A DNA stretch of 64,000 nt from Octopus vulgaris (taxonomy: Eukaryota), in contig OX597823.1 in the NCBI GenBank assembly GCA_951406725.2, forward strand, positions 114,328,001 to 114,392,000, in the 5' to 3' direction. Within the stretch, counting starts at the first letter, position 1. Every line of letters begins with the position of its first letter. The position numbers and the translations under genes are program-made. The notes beneath the pieces were generated by a model, which was not told the DNA's origin, ran no database searches, and saw only the letters and a program-made list of their open reading frames with translations. Positions 25,986 through 41,178 of this stretch are shown here, piece by piece.

Positions 25986-26138
25986 TTCTTGATGAGTGTG
26001 TGTATGTGTGTGTGTGTATGTGTGTGTATCTTTGAGCTTCTGTCTATGTCTGTATGTGTGCAAGATAAATCTAAATCTGCACATATAGCAATGATATTTC
26101 ACAAATGGTCGTATATGTATATGGACATATGTGTGCAA

Positions 26139-26205
<67 letters not shown>

Positions 26206-26846
26206 AAGATAGATAGATAGATAGATAGATACATATATACGCGTATATACATATATATATACACCAGTATATATATGTGTGCGTGTGTATGTGTACTCAT
26301 ACAAATATGTGTGTCTGTAGTTAAATATATGGATATTATACATATATATATATATATGTGTGTGCGTGTGTGTGTGTGTATGATATATATGTGTGTATGT
26401 ATGTATGTATGTATGGATATGGTATATATGCATGTATGTAGGTTGCTAGGTTGGTATACGTGTGTGTGTGTGTATATATATATTTATATATATATATATA
26501 TGTATATGTATGTATATGTATATGTATTAATATCATTATGAAACACACATACACAAAGTCGCTCGCACGCACTCGAACATACCCACCTATTTACATAGTG
26601 ATGGGAAGAACCTCCGTGTTATCAACATCGAAACCAAAAAGAGAAACTTCAGGCCCTGAATATTTCATTGTCCATCATATATATCATAAAATCAATGATG
26701 CGTGTGGTTATTCTCTCTTTCAACCTGTCTATATTCGTTTGTGTGCTGTGTTGTGTACGTGTTTGTGTGATGTGTATCTGTTCTTGGCCTGTGAATGTGT
26801 GGTGCCTATGTCTTTATTTCTCTCTCTCTCTCTCTTTCTCTCTCTG

Positions 26847-26908
<62 letters not shown>

Positions 26909-27504
26909 TATTATCTATATATATATATATTTTATATATATATTTATATCTATATATATATATATATGTATACATACACTCATATATATTTGCACATATA
27001 TATACACCTATATATATAAGTTTGTATGTATTGTAAGTTATGTAAGTGCTTGAATATGTGTATTTTTATATGTAATTATATGAATATATGTATATGTGCT
27101 GGCGTGTGTTGTTATGTGTGTGTTGAAGCTTGCGAGTTTGTACATGTATGTAAGTGTGTACGTGTTTGTGTGTTTGTAAGTTGTGTATATGCCCAAGCCT
27201 GTGTCTTTCTACACATGTGTATGTGAGTATATTTATATATCAGTTTGTGTATTCTGTGTTGTTCATATGTTTCTGTACATCCGTATGTGTTTATGTACGA
27301 ACGTGCTTTTGCGCGCTCGCCTGTAGGTAGTGAAATAGCTATAGGAGAATGGCAAGGATGTGTGGGAGGCGGAATTGGTAAGAAAGAATTTTGATGAAAG
27401 ATATTGATAAGGAACCTTAGAACGTATTTATGAGAGAAAGACGCGAAATGAAAACGCAAGTACATGAAGACAGAGAGAGAGAGATGCCGATGATATGCTT
27501 ATAA

Positions 27505-28203
27505 TAATGGCTTCAAATTTTAGCACAAGGCGTGCATTTTCGAGGAGCGGGTATGTCGATCACATCATTCCCAGTGCTCAACTGGTTCGTATGTGTTCGA
27601 TCCCGAAATGTATAAAAGGCAGAGTCGACACTGGCGGAATTTGAACTCAGAATGTAAATACGGACGAAATGCTGCTAAGCATTATGCCCGACATCGTAAC
27701 GATACTGCTAACTGGCCGCCTTTACTTTGAAGGATATTTATAATAATCCTTTCTACAAAGGCACAAGGCCCGAGATTTTGTGGGAGGAAGCCAGTCGATT
27801 ATATCGACCACTGTACTCAACTGGTACTTATTTCATCCAGCCCGAAAGGATGAGAGACAAAGTAAACCTGTGCAGAATTTGAACTCAGGACGTAACGATT
27901 GATGAAATTCTGCTAAGCATTCTGCTCGGTGTGCTAACGATTCTGCCAGCTCCCCGCTTTAGATGATATTTATAATAAGGATAATTATTGCTTCAACTTT
28001 AGTCACAAGACTTAAAATTTGGAGGGAGGGGTCTAGTTCATTATATCAACGCCAGTGTTCGACTGGGATTTATTTTTTCGTCCGCCAAATGTAAAAATGC
28101 AAAAATCGACCTCGGTAGCATGGAAACTCAGAATGTAAAATTCGGAAAAAACGCCGCTAAGCATTTTCTTCGGTGTGCTAACAATTCAGGCAGATCGCAC
28201 CTC
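27505..28203 (-). mobile_element. Three tandem diverged SINE C-related copies
   Basis: Three ~220-bp units, each with GAACTCAG/AAACTCAG...GCTAAGCATT..., separated by TAATAA spacers. Confidence 0.8.
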
Positions 28204-28419
28204 AATAATAATAACCTCAAGATCAATACAAAAAAAGAAGACATACCTGGATTCTTTGATTTAAACAGTAAGAGTATTGAATAATGACAGAAATGCAGGC
28301 TGGAGTAATTAAGTGTGCAGTATGAAGATATACTCCGATGGCATAAAATTACCACAACACAACATTATTAAATTGCTGTGGAATAATGAGTGATTAAAGG
28401 ATACCTTCAGTGCTCTAAC

Positions 28420-29340
28420 ACCTGTTTCTGTCAGAAATTCAAAGTCCCTGAGGATGTTTGCCTTGCCCTTTTCGACCATTAACTTTTCAGGTGTATGGTT
28501 GTACCAAGCACCCGTTACGTTGTATCCATACTTCTGGTATAGTAGTGGCCAGTGAAGGTCTTGTCTGCGCTTGTACTCTTCTTGCACAAGCCTTTCACAA
28601 GCATTCACAATGTGAGTCACGCTTTCGACCTTCTCCTCACATATTCTGCAGAGGTTCATTGCATTTGTCTGATATATATTCCTTTTCACTGGTCAGCGAT
28701 GATTAGACTTTCAGTCTTCTTATTTAGGTCAGCCTTGCTAAGCCACTTCCATGATGCTCTCTGGTCCTTAAAGTTGTTAGTTTCACGACGGAAGTGACCA
28801 TGTAATTCCATGAGGAGTAGAGTTTCTTCTCCCTCTTTAGCCATTCGTGTTCAAAATCCATTAGCCCTTTCACTTCCATTTTTTGATAAATCCTTCTGCA
28901 TTAGCGGCCTGTAGCAGGTCTAGTTTGCAGTTAACCAAATATTGTCATATCTCACATTTGATGCACTCCCGTACGCTAATCAGCCCACGTCCAACTTTGT
29001 ACCACTTCATGTAGAGCCTGTGTAAATTCGCCTTAGACTGGAGGGCACTAAGCTTTGTCATTGTTTCCCAGATAGTGCGATCGAGCTGGTTAATTTGCGC
29101 TCGTGTCCATTTCAGGATGGGTGCACTATAGTGGACTACAGCAACAGCCCATATCTTGATGGCAGTCACAAGGTTCTTTGAGTTGAGTTTTGATCTCAAG
29201 AGAAGTTTGAGGTGCTTCAAATGTGATGACCTTGTCTTTCATTTCTCTGTGCAAGATATTGTCCAGCTGCAGAATTTCGAGGTACTTGTACCCATCATCA
29301 TCCGGGTCTTCCATTCTCTCTCCGTTTGACAATTCTGTTC
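28420..29340 (-). pseudogene. RLE-type LINE (R4/Dong-like) fragment: RT thumb to CCHC region
   Basis: GYKYLEI; KLNSKNLVTAIKIWAV; RLYMKWYKVGRGLISV; CRICEEKVESVTHIVNAC..EYKRR..WYNHTPEK..ILRDF. Confidence 0.8.
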
Positions 29341-29614
29341 CCTTATTATTATTCTTGTTGTTGCTGTTGTTGTCGATGTTGTTATTTTCATTATCATCTT
29401 CTTTCAGTTCTGTTTCCATTTCTTGCTGAGTGTCTTCCTGACACCTAGGGCAATGCAATATATACATTGGTAGGTCATTAAAATAAACACACCAAATTGG
29501 CCATTTACAGACATGTGATAGAGAAAAGGGGAAAGAAAGACAAAGACAAAAACATAAACATAAAAATTATTGTTAATTCCAGTTGCAATAGTCCATGGCC
29601 ACCTTCTTTTCGTG

Positions 29615-30115
29615 TCTATGGAAGTCGTTCTATAACTGCCTTAGGGTGGTGCATTCTATTTATTGTCAATAACTCTCGTATTTTTCTGTCAAGATTACAG
29701 ATTTCAGTAATTGACCAGTTAATAATATTGAAACTGTAAGTCACAACCGGTATGGCTAAAGTATTGATCGCTTCGATCCTGTTTCTTGCGTTCTGCTCTG
29801 TCTTCAGTATTCACCATTCTTTTCTGATCTTTGCCCTCATCATTGAATGTTTGATTCCATCACCTTCAAATAGCCCTAGGTATTTGTAGCTCTCAGCTGG
29901 TGTTAACTCCTTTATAACATTCCTATGTCAAGATTAACGTTGGATGTTTCTGACATCTTACCTCTGATAAAGGTAACCTTTGCACATTTATTTAGTCCAA
30001 ATTCCATCCTGATGTCATCACGTAACTGTTTAACAATTGCTAGTAAACCCCAGAGTTGTTGGTAATTTTTTGCAAAGACCTTTAAATCACCCATGTAAAA
30101 GAGATGTTTTATTTT
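29615..30115 (-). pseudogene. Second R4/Dong-like LINE RT fragment
   Basis: LFYMGDLKVFAK (YMDD motif decayed), IRMEFGLNKCAK, ESYKYLG, AINTLAIPVVTYSF, MHHPKA. Confidence 0.8.
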
Positions 30116-32246
30116 TTGTAAATTTTTTTTATAGCAATAGTGTACATAGTTTATTTTCTGATATTGGACACATGTCCTTTTCCATCCAAAATTTCAAGGT
30201 ACGTCGTCCTACTCCACGACTTCTTTCCAGCTTTGCTCTTTCATGACATACAATAAGTGTATTTATGTCCATTTATGTATTTATTGCGCACCGTGTATGT
30301 GACCTTTTGTGACATAGCGACCATCCGAGGCCAGATCACTGCTCCTGATGCGAGAGGTTTCGGACGTGCCGGGCGGGAAACCTTCACCATGATCGGCTAT
30401 AACTTAAATTTCGCCATTAATTCATTCCTTGTTGTGTTGCATCATGATTTCTTGAGTCGTTCGTAGGGTTCCCATGAGAGTTGTTATTGAGATTCCATCT
30501 CTCTCTTCCTCTCTTTATTTGTATATACGCGTGCACATGCATGTACATACACATATATATAAATAACGTACTTGCATTGTGTCGCCCCCGTAACCACAGC
30601 GATTATCATTACCATCATCGTTCTGTGTTGGCTATAATTTCTGTATAAATAACATTAAGAAAATAATTTCTTTCACACTCCACTTCTTGTAACACTCTAG
30701 TGGAAATTTTGTGTGTGCTGTACCTATTCGGGCCCTTGTGGCTTTTAAAGAAAACATTATTATTAATATCTCAAGCAGTACACGAGAGGTTTCCACGGTC
30801 ATATAGAAAATTGTAAGATTAAACAGAAACACGAACTATATAGATATACGCATGCACACAGTGGAATACATAAGTATATACGCACATATATATCCATAAG
30901 CCGAGTATATTGTCTTCGGTCGGCTTTTTGCAATAAATGCATCGTCATCAAGTCTAACAAGGGTCGCATAATAGTTGCCCATGATGAAGATACCTAAGGT
31001 TTCCTTTCAATATAGTCGAAGTAGCTCTACATTTTAAACTGCCATGTATTTTCCCACTTTTATTTTCTTAACCAATAAGATTAGGTTTAAGTAGATGTTA
31101 CTATGTAACTTTGATTGATTACAGACTTTAATTACAAACTTGAAACTCCGAGTAAGAAAGTAGCAGAATAGCTACTCTTGTACTATATACAAGTAAATAA
31201 ATTAATATATAAATGCATATCAATGAGCATACCTGCATATATATATATATATATATACATACACATACATATATATATATGTGCATAAATAAATGGATAA
31301 ATATTGTAATATATATATAATATTGTGGGTGCTTCAACAAACATGAACGCACTCAAATCCAATTATGAAGACAAGAAAACACGTGCCTACACATTCATGC
31401 AACCATGCGTCAACGCACAATGCCATACACAAATACTGAAAAAGAAAAATAATGGAAAGGAAAAGAAAGAGAAATAAAGACGTACTTAGAAAGATATTGA
31501 CAAATAGAGAAGAGACAGATCAAGAGACAGAATGAGACAGACAGACAGACAGACAGGCACCGAAATACATAATAAGAGAAGTTATGCGGGGTGAGAGAAA
31601 AGACAGGAAATGTTTCGAATTTGTCATGATCTTATTTAAAATTATTCTTTTACCTTATTCAAAGAGAATCGCCTGAACGTATTCTCTTCTCTTTTATCTC
31701 CATCATGTGAAACGAATATCTTTTATTTTCTATTTTTTTCAAAAAGTCTACATTGTATTCACAGTTCTATAATATCTTATTTTATGACATCTTCAGCCCC
31801 TGAAAAGATTTTTGTGAATAAAGATGTACAAAACGACACACAATGAACTGGTGAAATTTTAACGAAACGACTTACAATAAATATTCATAGGTTCCGTTTG
31901 AAAAAAGTACATGCATATATCACTGTTTCGAACTACACATAAATATATCTTTCAGTCTCTATCTATATGTATGTAAGAATATACAAGGAAGTAGGCATAC
32001 ACAGACACACATGTATGTGTCTCTAGGTAAGTATATCTATAGAAATAGTTAGTGTCTACAAGGTAAAACCCGAAGATATAAATCATTAAGAATTATATAT
32101 AATTTATACAATATAAATTTATATATCTATATATATAACAAAAGCATATGCTCAAAGATGAAGATGTGTGAGTGTGTGTGTGCACATGCGCACATGCGCA
32201 TATATCATATATACATATATTTATACATATACATGTATGTGTAAAC

Positions 32247-32298
<52 letters not shown>

Positions 32299-32507
32299 CA
32301 TATATATATCATGCATATTGTTGAAATTTTAATTGTGTTCAACATCTAATTCATTTGCATAAACACCATTAAATGTCTACTTTCGTGACATAACTAATTG
32401 ATTAATTTGAACTAAATTTCATGAGTTTAAAAGCTGTGTTTACCCAAATCCTACTGGCCTCATATATATATATATAAATATGTATATATATATATATATA
32501 TATATAT

Positions 32508-32699
32508 GTAGGTCCCGGGTTGAGTCGGGGTTAGCCACAGTAAATAAGGTACTCAATACATAGCAGAGTAAATTAATTTATTTTATAGAAGGAGCTTCTA
32601 CAGGACTAGAACTGTTTCATTCAAAAGAAATCATCAGGGCTTCCTGATGATTTCTTTTGAATGAAATAGTTCTAGTCCTGTAGAGGCTCCTTCTATAAA

Positions 32700-32705
<6 letters not shown>
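32508..32705 (-). mobile_element. Short PLE-like end folded back at the HHR, same family as 10013-10545
   Basis: Near-identical terminus. Palindrome centred at ~32640 (TCATCAGGGCTTCCTGATGA). In (TA)n. Confidence 0.85.
32638..32688 (+). ncRNA. Type I hammerhead ribozyme
   Basis: GGCTTC-CTGATGA-tTTC[TTTT]GAAt-GAAA-TAG..CTG-TA-GAGGCT. Canonical core, GUA triplet, stems kept by G-U pairs. Confidence 0.75.
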
Positions 32706-32778
<73 letters not shown>

Positions 32779-33037
32779 AACTGTTAGTAGATTTCTGATT
32801 AACATAACCCACGTTTCATGAGGATTTGGGAACAGAGATTTTCGAGTCATAAATTTTAATTAATTAATCATATATCAGAATTAAGAAATCATACATTTAA
32901 TGCCGTACGTTTATCTTAACGAAACAGTTGTTGAGCACAATTAAATTATAGAACGTGTGCTTTAATGCCATATATATGTATTTATGTATGTGTACGTGTC
33001 TGTGCATATGTAAATGCATGCGATCATGTATGTGTCT

Positions 33038-33076
<39 letters not shown>

Positions 33077-33297
33077 TGTGTTTGTGTGTCTGTGACTCTC
33101 TATGTGTGTACGGGCGTGTATTATATATTTGAATGTAAATTCACAAGCACATGTCTATTGTAAGGATTCTGATGGTAGATTCAGATTTATTATAAATATG
33201 TTTAGTTTATCCAGAGACTTTTTGAATAGTTAAATAGATAGACAAACAGACAGGAAGATAGATGATAGGTAGATAGATAGATAGATATATAGATAGG

Positions 33298-33348
<51 letters not shown>

Positions 33349-33402
33349 ATAAATACATAGATAAATAGATAGATAAATAGATAGATAGATAAATAGACAG
33401 AC

Positions 33403-33438
<36 letters not shown>

Positions 33439-33466
33439 GGACGGATGGATAGACAGACAGACGTTC

Positions 33467-33558
<92 letters not shown>

Positions 33559-35185
33559 TTGTTTCTGTGAAACCAATATTTCAATGCCTAAAAGCGAAAA
33601 ATTGATCCGCACTCAATTGTATGTTAAAGTACATAACACTGCTAATGTTCAAAATGAAGATTTAACCATCTTTTCTTCTTATTCCTCATCATTTTCTAAG
33701 ATATCGAACACTTTTATCATCCTAAACACAGAACAAAATTTAATGGAAAATATATAGATTTTTATACTCACTTTTAATTACGCACATACCTTTACTACAG
33801 GACTAAGATATGAAGCAAATTTGAATACTGATTTCTTGTAATGGCAATATATTCATTTTTCCATTTTTCCATTAATCTTTCCCTAATTGCCCTTGGGAAT
33901 GAAACGGATCTTGCGCAAAGCCTGTCCCTCTTCTACAATTATCGATTCGATGCCTGGTCTGTAGGCCAGAAAAATCAATATCTCAATTGCACCAATGATC
34001 ATTCGCACCTGTTTTCTAAGTTCAATCTGTGTTTACGAAAATTATTATCGCAAAAAATTATATTAAAAAATAAATCAAAAACGAAAAGTTGATTGAAAAT
34101 AAATAAATATAGAAATAACCATATAATTAAATAAAATTAATTAATTTATCTATTAGCTTCATCATTTAAAATATAATTTCTCAAAGCGTTTAGAGAATCC
34201 CAAATTAATTTAAATCGATTAAACATTAAGACATGGCCAAGATAAATGCAAGTTGAAAAATCTTGAAATGATTTAAGTATGATTATTCTACTTAACGAAA
34301 ATAAATTATAGAAATTTCGTTATGAAATGTATTTGAAGCAAGAAGAAAGATTGCAAAAAAACTCAATCTATGTTACGATTTAGAAATTAAATTGATTTTT
34401 GATGTGTGTATTAGATACTGTTGTTCTGTTATTTTCGTTGAGTTAAACAACAACATTTGCGATGTATTTGGCGATCTTTTGTCTCTCTAAACAAGCAAAT
34501 GGTTATTAGTGTCAGGGAACAATACTGACTAGAAATAAAAGAATATTATTTCAAAACAAAATATGAGGTGAAAACAATTATTAGTTCTAACATTGAATTA
34601 ATGTGTGTAGTCTAAAAATATTATTTCTTTGTCTGCTAGCCTTAAGGAAAATATTGTATCGTCCACTAAATTGAAAGGGTTGAAGACAGGCTATTTCGTC
34701 TTTGGCCAAACCATCAACAACTTTTACAAGTTACACTCGGAAAGGAATTTGAGGAAAGAAAAGGAAGTGCTGCTTCCCAGCAATTTTGCTGAGAGGTGGT
34801 CGAAGGTGGCACGAATAATCCGAGTGAACGAGCCTACTCGAGGCATGCACCTGTAAATTGTAAGATAATGATGTGGCGAGGGTACTTACCCTAGTGGTCA
34901 CGGCGATCAGGATTTTGTGGGGTTTTCGCAGGCAAACTTAGGCAGTACCCTTCTTTGGGAGATTTTGGATATTTATATAACACCACATTTTATTTTTCAG
35001 TACCATCCCTAGCGTTTCTTTCTTACTTTATTTATTTATTTATTTATTTTGCTCTTCCAAACCCTTAGTGGTAATTAAAGAAATCATTACTTATGATGTA
35101 TGCATGTACATCCACCAACCTATATACTACCCCGCCAAAATACATATATATATATATATACGTATATATATACATGTGCGTGTGT

Positions 35186-35257
<72 letters not shown>

Positions 35258-35258
<1 letters not shown>

Positions 35259-35482
35259 CGGCGAGCTGGCAGAAACGTTAACGCGCCGGGCGAAATGTTT
35301 AGCGGTATATCGTCTGTCGTTACGTTCTGAGTTCAAATTCCGCCGAGGTCGACTTTGCCTCTCATCCTGTCTGGGTCGATAAATAAAAGTTTCGCACTGG
35401 GGTCCATGTAATCGACTTATTCCTTTTATCTGTCCTTGTTTGTCCCCTCTATGTTTAGTCCTTTGTGGGCAGTAAAGAAATA
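35258..35482 (+). mobile_element. SINE family C
   Basis: GCGGCGAGCTGGCAGAAACGTTA...GAGTTCAAATTCC (B box)...TAAAGAAATA. Many copies in the window. Confidence 0.9.
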
Positions 35483-36012
35483 TATATATAAATACATATA
35501 TATATATGTATATATATATATGCATGTATATATGTATGTTTGTATGTATATATATAAACGCACGCGCACATATAAAACTTTTAGTTCATCCAAGCAGTTC
35601 ATTTAATCAGTGACGTACTCATCGAATCAAATAAAATGTGTGTTGTGATTTTATCTTTATAGCAATTACACACATGGGAAGAATGTTCTATTCTTGTATC
35701 ACGAATACAATTATACCACCGAGCATATCTCATCTTCTTCATACCTGAGCATAATGGCATCTTGTGTGTCTGTCTTCACCCGCGTTCAGTCTTTGTTGAA
35801 ATGCAAAGATTGTAGCTAGCATACAATAAGAATGTCTTTATACCGCTCTATCATTTGGCTTTATTATATGCGTGTGACATCGTGTAATATGATTTAAAAA
35901 GCCAGGAAATTGAAAAGAAAGCGTTACCGCTTTTTGTAATATACCGTATATGCGTGGGATGAAAGCTAACCCTTTGAATATTTAATGAAAAAATGATGTT
36001 TATCCTTTTTTT

Positions 36013-36305
36013 GTTAGTTTCAGCTCAGAACTGCGGCCATGCTGATGCACCGCCGTTTTGTGCTACACTGTTATTACTAAGAGCCTCCTCTAATATGTGG
36101 CACTTGGTGAAGAATGGAGTTTGATATAGCTACCCTCATTTGCACCACTTGCCGTGAGATAGGTTTATCTGGGACTCCCGACAGGAAGAGGTCCAGCTTT
36201 GATTTAAAAACCGCTACATCTACTTTGGGCAAGTTCCTCAGACTCTTTGGGAGAATATTAAAAAGCTGTGGGACATTGAAACCCAGGCTGTTGCAGTCCT
36301 GAATC
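36013..36305 (-). mobile_element. LINE 3' fragment, same group as 2966-3290
   Basis: CNSLGFNVPQLFNILPKSLRNLPKVDVAVFKSKLDLFLSGVPDKP...HQ plus tail GGCGGTGCATCAGCATGGCCGCAG. Confidence 0.7.
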
Positions 36306-36673
36306 ATGATATAATAACTTAAACTGTGGTCGTACACATAATGTCACTTTATCGATTTTGTAGAGCTGTAGAGTCATTGCTTATTGTTGAATGTTGGGTT
36401 ATAGTGTTTGGATTTTGATCTAAACGTATCTAACTTAATCTTTCACCAGGTCTGCTTATTGATCCTTAAAGTTTTGTTTTATTTTCTACTTTTATTAATC
36501 AAATTGCCGAACATTTCATCTGCAAACCTTTGCTCCCACACCTCTTAATTGTCTTTCAGCTTCTTGATGCTGCTCAACTACATAAGTTGATTACATCGAA
36601 GCCTAGTACTTAACAGGTTCTTAGAACATAAAGAGGAACGAAATACTAAGCATTTCGACCGGCGTGCTGACTA

Positions 36674-37144
36674 TTGGGTTGTCCGGAAAGTTTGTGCCGA
36701 TTTTTAAAGGAAAGAAAAAGGTCAATAAACACTTGCCATTACAGTTTTAATCAACCAAATATGAACCATTTTGTTGCACAATGCGTCTCCCTCTTTCCTT
36801 TAACTTGAAAATACCCTCTTCCCAGAATCGAGGTGGTTTCATAGCAAAGAATTAATCAAGGTATCTTTTTACGTCATCCAAGGAATTGAAAATTTTACTG
36901 TTAAAACTATTCTGCAGTGACCAGAATAAGTGGAAATCCGAAGGAGCAATATCTGGTGAATATGGAGGGTGGGGTAACAAATCTCAGCCGAGCTGCAGCA
37001 ATTTTTGTCTGGTTCCCAAAGATAGCTTAAACTGTGCTCTAAATGGAGGTGTAGTCAAATCCTATTTTATGGACTCAACTATGTTCTAATATAAGTCGAA
37101 ATGTAAGCTACTATAAATCGGCACGAACTTTCCGGACAGCCCAA
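36674..37144 (-). mobile_element. Mariner-derived MITE (second copy, internal deletion)
   Basis: Same TIRs and TA flanks as 21853-22416. Confidence 0.9.
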
Positions 37145-37478
37145 TATTTTACCAAAATAAATATCACAATGTAAAAGTGCTGGAATTTTAATTCAAAGAC
37201 ATAATGTTTACATATTTAATGTAGAAGCACTATTTACCTAACTAGAGTTAGATATATTCTGACAAAGACTAAATACATGTAAAGAAATGTCTAATATGAT
37301 ACACTGAAGTTTCTTATTAACATTTTAAAAGTAAAATATAATGAAGCCGTCACTATGTTTCATTTAAGGTATTAATAATGCAAACAATACTGGGTACTTC
37401 TTTAACACAAAGTCTTTGTCAATGTATATACAAGGTATATATAAAATCTTTCCTTGGTATAAACAAAAGGATTTACGC

Positions 37479-38708
37479 AGAAACACACAGAAAACAGATA
37501 ACACACACACATACACAAACTGAAACACACAGAAAACAGATAACACACACACACAAACTGAAACACACAGAAAACAGATAACATACACACATACACAAAC
37601 TGAAACACAGAGAAAACAGATAACATACACACATACACAAACTGAAACACACAGAAAACAGATAACACACACACATGCACAAACTGAAACACACAGAAAA
37701 CAGATAACACACACACATACACAAACTGAAACACACAGAAAACAGATAACATACAGACATACACAAACTGAAACACACAGAAAACAGATAACATGCACAC
37801 ATACACAAACTGAAACACACAGAAAACAGATAACACACACACATACACAGACTGAAACACACAGAAAACAGATAACACACACACATATACAAACTGAAAC
37901 ACACAGAAAACAGATAACACACACACATACACAAACTGAAACACACAGAAAACAGATAACACACACACACATACACAAACTGAAACACACAGAAAACAGA
38001 TCACACACACACACACACACACAAACTGAAACACACAGAAAACAGATAACACACACACATATACAAACTGAAACACACAGAAAACAGATAACACACACAC
38101 ATACACAAACTGAAACACAGAGAAAACAGATAACACACACACACACATACACAAACTGAAACACACAGAAAACAGATAACACACACACATACAAACTGAA
38201 ACACACAGAAAACAGATAACACACACACATACACAAACTGAAACTCACAGAAAACAGATCACACACACACATACACAAACTGAAACACACAGAAAACAGA
38301 TAACTTACACACATACACAAACTGAAACACACAGAAAACAGATAACACACACACACATACACAAACTGAAACACACAGAAAACAGATAACATACACACAT
38401 ACACAAACTGAAACACACAGAAAACAGATAACACACACACATACACAAACTGAAACACACAGAAAACAGATAACATACACACATACACAAACTGAAATAC
38501 ACAGAAAACAGATAACATACACACATACACAAACTGAAACACACAGAAAACAGATAACACTCACATACACAAACTGAAACACACAGAAAACAGATAACAC
38601 ACACACATACACAAACTGAAACACACAGAAAACAGCTAATATACACACATACACAACCTGAAACACACAGAAAACAGATAACACACACACATACACAAAC
38701 TGAAACAC
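37479..38708. repeat. ~41-bp minisatellite, about 30 units
   Basis: Unit AAACACACAGAAAACAGATAACACACACACATACACAAACTG, with length variation in the (CA)n segment. Confidence 0.95.
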
Positions 38709-39419
38709 GTGGGTATTTTCATATATAAAAGTGAATGTATTATTAGCGTTCATGCTCCAAGAGGTATTTCTCAATTTTGCATCTCGGTAAAATACTCTAT
38801 AGGGTGCTAAGTTTCCAAAACGGAAGCGAGATGCTGTGAAAATATTTCTGCAACTCCCTAATGATCCTTCTTTTTACACAAGGATCCTGGGTAAATCAGT
38901 GCTTTCTGCTGCTCTTTCTGCTGCTTTTAATGTTAGCATTAATTAATAGTCACGGAATTCACATCGAAACATTAAACCTGAATATAATTTAGCATGTTAA
39001 CATTCGTGTCATTAAAGCTGCGAAAGTATTAGAATCACTATATATGTCAATATTACTGTAGATTCCATTCAATCAGTGCTCAGCTAATTAATATTACCTT
39101 TCAAGTAAGTAGTAAACTCATGCACAATGACGAATATTAATTGGAGTTGGTGAAGGCAAAAGAATCACATCTGATAAGATATGTCTGATCAGTGCTATTC
39201 AGCAAGACATAGTCTTTTCCGTTGTTTCATGGAATACGTGTTGCCTATTTTGCTTACGTTTCTTTATCTTGTGACTTTAAATCGAATTCATCATAGAACT
39301 GTAATTTCGAGTGACTTAAAAAAACAACAACATAAGTTTCCTGGATATTACTGACTCAAAAAGCCAGTTATCTAGTTTCCTTGGTATATAAGACACTGAT
39401 ATCACTGCATTATTCTGGT

Positions 39420-39857
39420 TGGGCTGCCAACCCGATATAGCAGCCCAATCCGACGTAGCAGCACAACCCGACGTAGCAGCACAACCCGACGTAGCAGCAC
39501 AATCCTACGTAGCAGCCCGACCCGACGTAGTAGCCCAACCCGACGTAGCAGCCCAACACTACGTAGTAGCCCGACCCGACGTAGTAGCCCAACCCGACGT
39601 AGCAGCACAACCCGACGTAGCAGCACAACCCGACGTAGCAGCCTAGCCCGACGTAACAGCCCAATCCGACGTAACAGCCCAATCCGACGTAGCAACCCAA
39701 TCCGACGTAACAGCCCAATCCGACGTAACAGCCCAACCCGATGTAGCAGCACAACCCTACGTAACAGCCCAATCCGACGTAGCAGCCCAATCCGACGTAG
39801 CAGCCCAACACGACATAACAGTCGAACCCGACGTAGAAGCCCAATACGACGTAGCAG
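39420..39857. repeat. 18-bp GC/CpG-rich minisatellite, about 24 units
   Basis: Unit CCCGACGTAGCAGCCCAA and variants. Confidence 0.95.
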
Positions 39858-40485
39858 TTCATTCAATTAGGGCAGAATGAACCAGAATGAACCAAGAACA
39901 CTGCTTGGACAGGGATTCGAAACTACGACCTTTCGAGCATCAGTGCAACACCATAACCACTTTGGCCTCGTACATTCATTTATCTGAATAAATACACATT
40001 TACGAATACACACACACAAATACACACACACACGTATATTCACTCATATGTATATATATTATATGTAAAAGATAAAAGTCTGTATATATATATCATTGTT
40101 TCTATATACTGCTTTATGCATAAAGATCATATGTATTTTTTCTAAAAAGTTAAAATATGTGATAGCAGCTCATTGCAGCTTATTCACTATCGCAAGTCCA
40201 AAAGATGAGTCATCTTTAGAATTAATGTGGTTTGAAAACGGTGAACTATTATGTTCAAGAGAAATAACGCATAAAAACACCTTCGCGCTTTTCGAAACGC
40301 TATCGTACTTACCTTAATTTTCTGATTTACCTTATTTGTCTTATTATATTCATCACTATCCTTTATGTGTTATTTGATCGCAGTGATGATTTTTGAAACG
40401 GTTCAGTGAATTTGAGATGAAAGATCAATATCTGAGTACATGTGAGAGATAAATGCATGTTACAAAACCACACACATCCACGGAC

Positions 40486-40579
<94 letters not shown>

Positions 40580-40631
40580 ATATATATATAAATATATATA
40601 TATAAATATAAATATATACATATATAAATAT

Positions 40632-40685
<54 letters not shown>

Positions 40686-40706
40686 TATATATATGTATGT
40701 ATGTAT

Positions 40707-41010
40707 GTATATAAAATATGGATGAGAGATAAAACTACTATCAGGCAACTCAAACAGTGATTATATTTATCATTCTTTTTATACTTTTGGGAAAAAAATT
40801 ATATTTTTATATATATATATATATATTGTATATTATATTAATTATATTTATATTATTTGTTATTTATGTATTGGTTTATGTCTATCACTGTATGAGTTGC
40901 CTAATAGTGGTTTTATCCCTAATTCATATTTTATATATTTATACTGTGAAATTTGATTTAATACTAAATTTAATTTTCCCTGTAAGTTTGGAGCCATACT
41001 CCCTAATATT
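40707..41010 (+). mobile_element. Short TA-embedded element with inverted end (probable PLE terminus)
   Basis: GATAAAACTACTATCAGGCAACTCAAACAGTGAT / ATCACTGTATGAGTTGCCTAATAGTGGTTTTATC inverted, plus a unique 3' extension. No HHR seen. Confidence 0.5.
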
Positions 41011-41109
41011 ATGATTATTATTATCATTATTATTATTATTATTATAATATATATATATATATATATACATATGTAAATATGCACATATACACATATATCA
41101 CACACATAA

Positions 41110-41178
<69 letters not shown>

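Noticed and set aside
30338-30390. CTGATG...GAAAC hammerhead-like motif
   Set aside because: Core reads CTGATGC, the GAAAC is sequestered in a hairpin with GTTTC, and no stem I or III.
37364-38774. 398-aa Cys/Val-rich ORF, or a CRISPR-like array
   Set aside because: Satellite translation. No unique spacers, no cas genes, eukaryotic context.
39402-39866. Repetitive LLRRVG / CYVGLG proteins
   Set aside because: Open frames arise from an 18-bp unit. No splice or expression evidence.
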